In this document: piece by piece, positions 55,849 through 64,000 of the stretch
Position numbering within the stretch: position 1 is the first letter of the stretch
Layout of the letters: every line of letters starts with the position of its first letter
NCBI GenBank assembly: GCA_963845755.1
Contig: CAWJTV010000029.1
Coordinates: forward strand, 96,001 to 160,000
Reading direction: 5' to 3'
From: an uncultured Planctomycetota bacterium
GTDB taxonomy: Bacteria; Planctomycetota; Planctomycetia; Isosphaerales; Isosphaeraceae
Length of the DNA stretch: 64,000 bases
The notes under the pieces: generated by a model
Database searches by the model: none
Seen by the model: the letters and a program-made list of their open reading frames with translations, nothing else
What the model was told of the DNA's origin: nothing
Translations under genes and position numbers: made by a program

Positions 55849-57003
55849 CACCTCGACATCGGGACCAGTCCAAGTCGCCGACTCCAGCACCGTTCCTGCT
55901 GAATCGAACGCGCGTGGCAGATGGCGGAGGACTCGCCGCTGGCGAACACCGTCAAAACGGGCTCTCCGGCCTCGACGATCGTCCCGGGACCGGGGACGTC
56001 GGCGATCGAGGGTACGGCGAAGAGGTCCTCGAGTCCATCGGGGTCGATCCCCGCCGGCACGACGAGACGCCGCGAAGCATAGATCACGCGCTTGGCGATC
56101 ACGCGCGTGGGGCCGGGTTCCGGAGGAGCGGGGCCAGCGTGGAAACTCCCGGCTCCCTCACAGGCGCGACGATGCTCCTCCATCAGCGAGCGACCCGACG
56201 CCAGCTCGTGGATCTCGAGCGAGGCCGTATACGCGCGGGTTGACCTCGACCGGCCAGGGGATGCCATCTCGCAGGACGTAATCCACGCCGAACCACCCGA
56301 CGAGATTGTAGGCGGCCACCAGCCGGTTCCCCAGCGCCTTGAGGCGTTCCGCCAGTTCGGGAACGATCGGACACGGCCCGATGCTCCCCCGATACGCGAA
56401 CGGATGACCCGGAATGCCGATCCACTGCCTCGTGATGCCGATCAAGTGTGCCAGGCCGGCGCGGCCGATGAACAAAGCCGAGTAACTGGGCCCGTCCACG
56501 CGCCGCTGAAAGTAGACCGGTAACGAACTCGGCCCGGATTGAGACTTCAGAGGCTCGATCCCGCGCCCTCCTCCCGAGGCCCTGGGCTTGACGAGCCAGC
56601 TCCCATCGCGGGGGAGCCCGGAGGGATCGAGGCGCACCTCGGGCGCCGGGAGGCCGGCCTCATCCAAGGCGCGCGCGACCGCGATGGGGTCACGGACCGC
56701 GCGCAGAACCTCAGCCCCGACGCCCCAGAGTTGATGTCGTCGGGAAATCCGTTCGACGAGGTCCGGATGATTTTCCAATCCCCCTGTGTAGAACCAGGGA
56801 GTTTCTCCCAGAGCACGAGAGAAAGCGTCGGACCACCGCTCGAAAGCCTGATGAGTCTCAGTCCCGACCGGTTCGACCGGGCAGACCGCGGCCAGATCGC
56901 GGTCAGCGAAGCAGTCCACGCAACGCGGACGCAGCCCGCACCGCAACGCGGTGAACGCGGCGGCCCGGGTGCTCACACCCATGATCAAGACATTGTGTGA
57001 CAA
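55848..57003 (-). CDS. ATP-grasp domain protein (OrfY-like, associated with H4MPT C1 clusters); frameshift near 56230
   Basis: GVSTRAAA, DCFADRDL, WLVKPRASGGGRGI, GWFGVDYV, EVNPR then YTASLEI, ADVP..G. Confidence 0.8.
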
Positions 57004-57123
57004 GGCGGTAACAAAAGGGCCTCGCCAGGCGAGAGATGCCCGGCGAGGCGCATTTCGGGAGGGAGAATCTCACCAGGACACCGTCGATGACAGAATCCGG
57101 GGATGGCGAGGTTGCCGATCCAC

Positions 57124-57474
57124 TCACTCCTCGTTCTTCTCGATCTTCTCGGCCGTGAAGACGAGCTTGCCATCCTCTTCCTTGCAGGTCCCGACGATCT
57201 TCACCTTCGCCGGCTTGTCCTTCTTGGCCCCGCAGAAGCCGATCTTCTGATGGGCGTCCTTGGCGACCTTGTCATGAACGATGTAATACGTCTTCTTCAC
57301 GCCATCTTTCGTCACGATGACGACGTTCTGGCAATCGGTCTTCTCCTTCAGGGCGCACTTGGCGCACATGCCGTCGCCCTTGAGGGTGAGCTTTTCACCC
57401 TTGTCATCCGCCCTCAGCAGACCCACGCTCGAGAACAGAATGCCAACCACCGCGAGCGCCAACAGTTTCCGCAT
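57124..57474 (-). CDS. Small secreted Cys-containing protein (DUF6370-like)
   Basis: Signal peptide; CAKCALK..DCQN, YYIVH, H...C motif. Confidence 0.7.
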   Translation of the reverse strand: MRKLLALAVVGILFSSVGLLRADDKGEKLTLKGDGMCAKCALKEKTDCQNVVIVTKDGVKKTYYIVHDKVAKDAHQKIGFCGAKKDKPAKVKIVGTCKEEDGKLVFTAEKIEKNEE

Positions 57475-57765
57475 GATCGTTCTCCAATAAAGGATCAAGA
57501 CTCCAATCACGCACCCGAATCCCTGGGATTGGTGCGACACACCCGATTGTCGAAATGTTATTGAACCACCTCGACCGGGCAAGAACAATCTCTTAGTCCG
57601 CGAAAACCGGCCGAGACCGGCGTGCCGGGTAGCGTGGGGGTTGCCCGCAGCCGCTCCGTCGTCGTATGATTCGGGTCCAATATCGTCGTACGCCGCACGG
57701 AGCCCGGGCCGGGGCGAGAGCCGGAGTACGCATCCGCAGATGGCTCAACCACGGAGAACCACACC

Positions 57766-58272
57766 ATGGCCAGCAACATCCTCATGAATGTCGGCGAGGC
57801 CCTCGTTGGAGAGGGGAATGAGATTGCGCACATCGACCTGCTCATCGGCGACAAGACGGGGCCGGTCGGGACGGCGTTCGCCAATGCGCTGGCGAATCAG
57901 TCGGCCGGCCACACCAACCTCCTGGCCGTGCTGACGCCGAACCTGATCGCCAAGCCGGCCACGGTCTTGATCACGAAAGTGACCATCAAGGGGATGAAGC
58001 AGGCCGTGCAGATGTTCGGCCCTGCGCAGTACGCGGTGGCCAAGGCCGTGGCCGACTGCGTCGCGGACAATACGATCCCCGCCGCCCAGGCCGACGACCT
58101 GGTGATCGTCTGCGGCGTCTTCATCCATCCCGACGCGGACGACAACGCCAAGATCCTCAAGTACAACTACGAGGCCACGAAGCTCTCGATCCAGCGCGCC
58201 ATGAAGAGCCTTCCCACGGCGGCCGAGATCACCGCGCAGAAGGATACGGTCAAGCATCCGTTCGCGGGCTGA
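57766..58272 (+). CDS. fae: Formaldehyde-activating enzyme
   Basis: VGEALVGEGNEIAHIDLLIG, GHTNLLAV, KVTIKG.KQAVQMFGPAQ.AVAKAV, VFIH, YNYEATK, HPF. Confidence 0.95.
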   Translation: MASNILMNVGEALVGEGNEIAHIDLLIGDKTGPVGTAFANALANQSAGHTNLLAVLTPNLIAKPATVLITKVTIKGMKQAVQMFGPAQYAVAKAVADCVADNTIPAAQADDLVIVCGVFIHPDADDNAKILKYNYEATKLSIQRAMKSLPTAAEITAQKDTVKHPFAG

Positions 58273-58373
58273 CCGCGACCCGGGAACCACGCGGCGCCGA
58301 TCCTTCGGACGGGCGGGCCTCGACCGATCGTCTCGGGCGGAGCCGCCCTCCCTCGCCGCGCGGGGGATGAAAG

Positions 58374-58522
58374 GGAATCGGATAGAAGATTGAAAATTCA
58401 AGATTCCATCAAGGTAATACCTTGTGCAGACGGGGTTTTTCGGATTTCTCTGATCTCGAAATCTCGAATCTCTGAATCTCGAATCTCTGAATCTCGAATC
58501 TCGAATCCTGAATCGAGAATCG
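58374..58522. repeat. GAATC heptamer-type tandem repeat
   Basis: ATCTCGAATCTCTGAATCTCGAATCTCTGAATCTCGAATCTCGAATCCTGAATCGAGAATCG with a degenerate opposing arm upstream. Confidence 0.8.
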
Positions 58523-58554
58523 ATAGTTCACGGCCTCACGGCGGAGGGTCACCG

Positions 58555-59431
58555 ATGGCCACCATGAAGCCGAAGATCCTGATCCAGCTCGACACCGACC
58601 CCCAGCCCAGCGTCTTCGATGCGGTGGTGGCGGCCGACGCCGGCGCCGACCATCTGTTCCGGCACGGCGGGGTGACCGCGGAGAATGTCCGTGACCTGGT
58701 ATACGGGGCCCTCTTCACGCGCGGGCCGGCCGACCTCGCCGCCACGGCCATCTTCATCGGCGGCTCGAACGTGGCGGCGGGCGAGGCGGTGCTCGGCACG
58801 GTGAAGCAGACCTTCTTCGGGCCGTTTCGGGTCTCGGTCCTCTTCGACGCCAATGGCGCCAACACGACGGCGGCCGCGGCCGTCCTGGCCTGCTTGCAGG
58901 GCCGTGGCGGGTCGCTCCAGGGGGAGGCGGTGGCGGTCCTGGCCGCGACCGGTCCGGTCGGCCAGCGTGCCGCCAGGCTGCTGGCCCGACTGGGGGCGAA
59001 GGTGTCCGTCGGCTCGCGCAGCCTCGAACGCGCGTCGGAGCTCGCCAAATCCCTGCAACAGGCCACCGGTCAAGAGGTGTCCCCTTTCGCCACGACGCGC
59101 GATTCACGATCTGAGCAAGGCGCTGCGGGACAAGTCGGTCCTCATCAGCGCGGGCGCCGCGGGCGTCTCGATCCTGCCGGCTTCGGTCTGGAAGGCGTTA
59201 CCGGACCTCAAGGTCCTGATCGACCTGAACGCCGTCCCCCCGCTCGGCATCGAGGGAATCGAAGCCGACGACAAGGGGACCGATCGCGGCGGCGTCCATG
59301 CCTGGGGTGCCCTGGGCGTCGGCGGCTCCAAGATGAAGATCCACAAGAAGGCGATCCAGGAACTGTTCACCTCCAACGACAAGGTCTTCGACGCCGAGGA
59401 GGTCCTCGAACTGGGGCGTTCTCTGGGCTGA
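58555..59431 (+). CDS. mtdC: NAD(P)-dependent methylene-H4MPT dehydrogenase (MtdA/MtdC family); frameshift near 59100
   Basis: QLDTDPQPSVFD, FTRGP, TAIFIGGS, FFGPFRVSV.FDANGANTTAAAAV, ATGPVG, IDLNAVPP.GIEG, GALGVGG.KMKIHK. The subtype assignment is inferred from lineage. Confidence 0.8.
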
Positions 59432-59463
59432 CTGAGACGAGACCGAAACCGCGAGGCATCGCC

Positions 59464-60484
59464 GTGATCCGCGTCGTCGGCAGCGATCCCGGGACGAGCA
59501 GCCTCGACCTCGTCTTGCTCGTCGAGGGTTCGGTCGCCGATCAGGTGCGGTTCCTCCCCGCGCAACTCCGGGACGATCCCGAGATCCTGGCTCGGCAACT
59601 CAATCGATGGTCGCCGCTCGATCTCGTCGCGGCGCCCTCGGGCTACGGATTGCCGTTGGTTCGCGGCGACGCGTTCTCGGACGACCATCTCGATCAGATA
59701 TCGCTGGTCCGGCCGGACGAACGCGGGCGCGATTCCGGAGTCCTCGGCTTCCGGGCCTGGGTCCGCGGCTTTTGTCGGATCCGGCGTGCGCGCTGGTCTT
59801 CCTGCCGGGCGGCCTGCATCTGCCGACGATCCCCGCTCACCGGAAGGCGAATGCGGTCGACCTCGGCACCGCGGACAAGGTGGCCGTCGCCGCCCTGGCG
59901 TTGTGGTTTGACTCCATCGCGTGGGGCGGGTTTGATGTGTCGACTTTCGCGGTCGTCGAGATCGGCTCGGCCTTCTCGGCGATCCTCGTCGTGGACCGGG
60001 GAAGGATCGTCGATGCCTCGGCCGGGACGCGCGGTCCGATCGGGCTGCGTTCGGGAGGCTGCTGGGACGGGGAATTGGCTTACTGGCGGGCTCGGCTCTC
60101 GAAGGACGACCTCTTCCGCGGCGGCCTGGCCGACCTGGGCGCGAGTCGGCCCGGCGGCCATCCGCGAATCGCTGATCAAGCACCTGGCCGGCTTGAAGGC
60201 CGTCACACCCTTCGAGCGAATTTACGTCTCGGGACGTGGCCTGGAAGAGCCCGAGATCGCCCGGATGACGACCGAAGCCCTCGCCCGTTTCGGCGCGAGT
60301 CACCCCCCTGCCCTCGCTCCCCGCCGCCTGGGTCAAGCATGCCGCACAGGGCGCGGCCCTCCTCGCCGATGCCCTGGCCGGCGGCCGGTATGCTCCGCTG
60401 GCCGCATCACTGCAGTTCGCATCGGCTTCGGGGTCGGTCTGGGATGTGGTCCAGCCTCCGGAACCCCCCGACCGTGAAACGTGA
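59464..60484 (+). CDS. DUF1464 family protein (Orf9-like, ASKHA kinase-like; H4MPT/methanofuran cluster); several frameshifts
   Basis: VVGSDPGTSSLD, AAPSGYGLP, HLPTIPAHRK.N.VDLGTADK, VEIGSAFSA, WDGELAY, KHAAQGAALLADALAGG. Confidence 0.8.
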
Positions 60485-60523
60485 TCGGGTGCCTCGGGAA
60501 GCCTCGAAGAGAGTCGGCATCCC

Positions 60524-60895
60524 TTATTTCTTGGGCTGCACGAATTTGTTGGGCGTCCCCTCGAGCGGTCCACCCGGCTCGGGCCGCCACAAGACGACCT
60601 CCTCGATCTTGTGGGCCAGGGCGAAATCCTTGTCGGTGATTCCTCCTGCCGAGTGGGTCTTCAATTTGACCCAGACCTTGCCCCACGTGACCGCGAGATC
60701 CGCATGGTGCCAGGCCGCCTCGCACAGGTAGCCGATGGCGTTGACCAGCATCAGGGTGGTCGGCCAACCGTCGGTGTTGTACTTGCGACGGAGCCAGCCA
60801 TCGTCCAGGTTCCATTCTGATAGACCTTCCTCCTGAACCTTCGCAGCAACCTCCTCATCCGTGTAGGTTTTCGGTTTCTGCTTCGGGTCGCTCAC
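60524..60895 (-). CDS. Pterin-4a-carbinolamine dehydratase
   Basis: EAAWHHADL, THSAGGITDKDFALA. Confidence 0.9.
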   Translation of the reverse strand: MSDPKQKPKTYTDEEVAAKVQEEGLSEWNLDDGWLRRKYNTDGWPTTLMLVNAIGYLCEAAWHHADLAVTWGKVWVKLKTHSAGGITDKDFALAHKIEEVVLWRPEPGGPLEGTPNKFVQPKK

Positions 60896-61037
60896 GGTCA
60901 GCCTCCTTCGCCAATCGGGACGTGAAAAGAACCTTGATCCACGAGTACGGGCTGCGCAGCCGCTTCGAACTCCGGGACCGGGAGACCTGGGACAGACCGC
61001 CGGCTGAGATCCGCAATCCGCCGCCGGTGCTCGATCG

Positions 61038-61859
61038 TCAAGTCCTGCGGACCTTCGAACTCTTCCCTTCCGAGCGAGGTCGCTGCGCGGGCTTCGCCGA
61101 AATCTGCGTCGGACCGACTCCCCAGAGATTCTGGACCAGTTCGTAGGCGACCGGGTCGTGCTTCTTCAGCTCGGAACGGACGAACGGATAGAAGTCATTC
61201 GTCCCGAAGAACGCCTCGGTCGCCTCGGCGAAGTACTCCATCGGATTCGTTGCCGCGTAGGCCTTGTCGTCGCGACCGTTGATCCGCAGCACCTTCTCGT
61301 AAATCTTCGACTTCATGGCTCGATCGTAGGCCGCCTTCACACGCGAGTTCTTGAAGCCGTCATTGAGGAACTGGTGGTGATAGGCGTGGGATAGCTCGTG
61401 CAGGACCATCCACGGCTGTTCGAGGGTCCAATCGAGGAAGGTCCGGGCGTTGGCGAGCTCGACGCATTTCTGTTTGTCCGGATTCATGCCGTGCGCCCTG
61501 AGCCAGGCCGCCTCGGGATGGTACGCCATGCAGGGCGTGTTCGGCTCCTTCTCCTCGACCCAGATCCGAACCTTCCGCAGTTTCTTCACGGCCACGACCG
61601 GGACGCGCCGGACGATCTGATAGAGCTGGTGCTGCAACAGGGTCAACGTGCGGTCGGCCAGGCTGCGACGCCGTTGGAGGAAATCTCGGTTGACCAGGAT
61701 CGTCCATCCTTCGATCGGCCTCGTCTCGTACTGCTCGGAAGTTGCCTTGGTGCGGGCTCGATTCATCGGACCGGGGACCTGGGACTGGACCTGTCCATAC
61801 GATGGACCGAAGAGGAATGCCAATACAAGGGAACACGCGAATGGTCGCTGGAGCGCCAT
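61038..61859 (-). CDS. Secreted zinc metallopeptidase
   Basis: Signal-like N-terminus; VLHELSHAYH, YAATNPMEYFAEATEAFFG.NDFYPF. Confidence 0.85.
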   Translation of the reverse strand: MALQRPFACSLVLAFLFGPSYGQVQSQVPGPMNRARTKATSEQYETRPIEGWTILVNRDFLQRRRSLADRTLTLLQHQLYQIVRRVPVVAVKKLRKVRIWVEEKEPNTPCMAYHPEAAWLRAHGMNPDKQKCVELANARTFLDWTLEQPWMVLHELSHAYHHQFLNDGFKNSRVKAAYDRAMKSKIYEKVLRINGRDDKAYAATNPMEYFAEATEAFFGTNDFYPFVRSELKKHDPVAYELVQNLWGVGPTQISAKPAQRPRSEGKSSKVRRT

Positions 61860-61908
61860 GGCGGCTCCTGACGATGAGAGATCGGATGAGGAACGGACCG
61901 GAACGCTG

Positions 61909-61968
61909 AGGGATGAAGGATGAGTGGGATCGGATTCATTCATCCTTCCGCCTTCATCCCTCATCCTT
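61909..61968. repeat. GATGAAG/TCATCCT heptamer inverted repeat
   Basis: GGGATGAAGGATGAG ... TTCATCCTTCCGCCTTCATCCCTCATCCT; a related element lies at 17622-17680 (GAAGGATGAA..GAAGGCGGAAGGCGGAATC / GATTCCGCCTTCCG). Confidence 0.7.
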
Positions 61969-62770
61969 TCGAAGGCTCGCCCTTCCGCACTTGCGGCGCC
62001 TTCACCTTGATCATATGGTGGGTCTCCGCCTCGCGACCGATCGCATCCCGGCCCTGGAAGTAATCGCGCTGCCAGTCGTCCCCCTTGACCTGACCCTGGG
62101 CCTTCTGCTGGTGGAATTGCCTCCGCCCCATGTCCCATTCGTGGTAGGCGCGGTAGAGCTCGGGATCGTCGGTGAGCTGCTGGAACGTCACGTCGGCCTG
62201 TTCGAGGTCGGCGCAGATATTGCTCACCAGCGGGATCGTCTGGAAGAGCGGCTCGCCCTGCTCGAAGCGAACCGGCTGTTTCGGAGTCATAATTTTATAA
62301 TTCATCGTGAACGACATGCTGATCCAGTCGCTCTCGATCAGCGCGGTCAGGGGATGGGCGTTGGCCTTGAAGTAGTTCAACGGCCCGCAGACCAGGAGGC
62401 GCGATCCCTGGGGTTTCGTGCGGAAGAGGAAGGGCGTGTTCCAGGTGATGATCCCTTCGCCGAACTGGCTGTTGATCCACTGCGACCAGACCTCGCCCGA
62501 GGTGTCGAATTGGAAGTCGATCGAGCCGGGGTACGTCTCCCCGCGCCACGTCGCCGTGAACCCGACGGGATTCTTGACCCACCATCCCGTCTGATTGGCG
62601 ATCGTCAGCGGCAGGCAGCGGTAGGCATAGCGCTGCGGTGTGTTGTTCATCCACGTCCGCTGCCAGTCCGCCCACGACCACTCCCAGCCCGTCCCATCCG
62701 TGCGGTTCGGCTTCATCATGCTGGCGTCAGCGATCTGGTAGATATGAACCTCGAGCCGCGACTGATCCAT
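61961..62770 (-). CDS. DUF6065 family protein
   Basis: RTWM...AYRCLPLTIANQTGW, SQFGEGIITW..PFLFRT, GPLNYFK, IESDW..FTMNY, WQRDYFQG. Confidence 0.8.
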   Translation of the reverse strand: MDQSRLEVHIYQIADASMMKPNRTDGTGWEWSWADWQRTWMNNTPQRYAYRCLPLTIANQTGWWVKNPVGFTATWRGETYPGSIDFQFDTSGEVWSQWINSQFGEGIITWNTPFLFRTKPQGSRLLVCGPLNYFKANAHPLTALIESDWISMSFTMNYKIMTPKQPVRFEQGEPLFQTIPLVSNICADLEQADVTFQQLTDDPELYRAYHEWDMGRRQFHQQKAQGQVKGDDWQRDYFQGRDAIGREAETHHMIKVKAPQVRKGEPSKG

Positions 62771-62996
62771 GGATCGACCCTCGAAATAAGGGATCCCGGA
62801 AATGCCTGGGACATGGCGGAACCTGGCGGCAGGCTCAACGATGTCGCAAGGCGGACCTAGACTAACCTAACCGATCGATCAATTTCGAGCAATCGGGTCA
62901 TGTGGCCGGCACGCGCCCCGGAGAGTCGGCTCGCCGCGAATCGGTCCGCCGGAGGCCACACCGTGCCGATCCTTCGCGTGGCGCGGCTTGAAAGGC

Positions 62997-63819
62997 TCAT
63001 CGTTCATAACCGAAGCGTTCCATGAACTCCGTGATGGTCGAATTCGAGTACACCCTATCGAGTTGCTCATCCGCCAGCGTCGTCCGCCAGTGCGAGATCC
63101 GACTCGGGTCGAAACTCATGTGAATCCCGGTATCGAGATCGATCGTCGTCTGCCAGAGAAATCGGGCCGGGAACGGTCGCCTGAATGACTCCAGGAATCG
63201 CAACGAATGCGGCAGATCGAGGTGGGAATAGACGGTCCGCATCGTCATCTCGGGCCTGGAAAGCAGGTCTTCGTAACGGACGACCAGGATGTTGGGAGAA
63301 TTCAGGTGGGATTTCCAGGCCTGATAATTCTGGATGAGGTTGTCCCATCGTTCGACTTTCAGCTCCGGAGCGACTTCGGACTGGGACTCGATGCTGCCGA
63401 GAATCGCGCGGGTCGCGAACCGTGAAGATCAGCCGGTAGTTCGACGCCAGGTACTGGAGGAGTTCCGGACTTCGAAAGAAATCCGGATCCTTGTCCCCGA
63501 GTGCAAGGATATAGCTCTTCGAATACAATGCGGATAAGAGTGGAGACACCTGAGAAAACCAACTCAAGTAGCTCGCGATGTCGTCCTGCTTCTTCTCGTC
63601 GAGCAATCCGATGGTTTCCTCCAATGTCAGCCCATGGGCGACCATTCGATCGCAGTGAAGCCTCACGAAATAATCCCGGAAGAGCGCCCGATTGATCTCC
63701 GACTCACACAGGCAAATCGCGGCGGGATGATCATCGATGCAGCGGGCCATCAATGACGATCCGGTCCTCAGGGGGCCGACCACGAAGAACAACCCGGCTC
63801 GATAAAGATCGGTATTCAC
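62997..63819 (-). CDS. Sulfotransferase family protein; frameshifts near 63410 and 63260
   Basis: FVVGPLRTGSSL (5'-PSB-like), GDKDP, TVRDPR, C-terminal MERFGY. Confidence 0.8.
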
Positions 63820-64000
63820 GGGCCCCTCATGCCTCCACGGGATCAGTCATCATCGGTGAGGTCAACGCGACCGCCCCGCCTACCAGAAACGATCCGCAAT
63901 CTTTGCACCGGTCGATTCGGCGCCGGGAACTCGACCTTCGAACCCGAGATCCCCGAACGATACGGCCGCCGAGGTCTCGAGCAATTCGACGGATAGCCCC

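Noticed and set aside
58390..60477. Repeat-Mtd-DUF1464 fusion (695 aa)
   Set aside because: Produced by frameshifts; mtd has its own stop at 59431 and the DUF1464 gene its own GTG start.

Overview
A GC-rich bacterial chromosomal window. Planctomycete-type families (PSD1/DUF1549-DUF1553, DUF1501, PVC-type heme CxxCH protein, LExR extracellular proteins, fae/mtd) point to a planctomycete; this taxonomic call is inference. More than 20 genes are broken by single-base frameshifts, most simply explained as long-read consensus errors, so many CDS coordinates below are stitched across frames. Core content: ABC permease, methyltransferase-glycosyltransferase fusion, YihY, Gfo/Idh/MocA, a HAD/DHS-like/PfkB operon, an Ig-like surface protein, hsp20 with a sigma54 promoter, a PSD1+DUF1501 pair, ispH with a winged-HTH regulator, a RidA-SDR-SIS operon, tRNA-Ala(CGC), a CzcA-type RND system and an H4MPT-linked C1 cluster (ATP-grasp, fae, mtd, DUF1464, pterin dehydratase). 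The most interesting part is a lower-GC island at about 18.4-23.3 kb. It holds a leaderless small RHH-like gene, then a DUF262/DUF1524 (GmrSD-like) nuclease, then an NYN ribonuclease. These are followed by a structured non-coding 3' region with two 37-nt repeats that differ by compensatory base changes, and the island is flanked by an IS630 element and a MITE. The window also has three decayed toxin-antitoxin modules and several REP/MITE and heptamer (GAATC-rich) repeat families.
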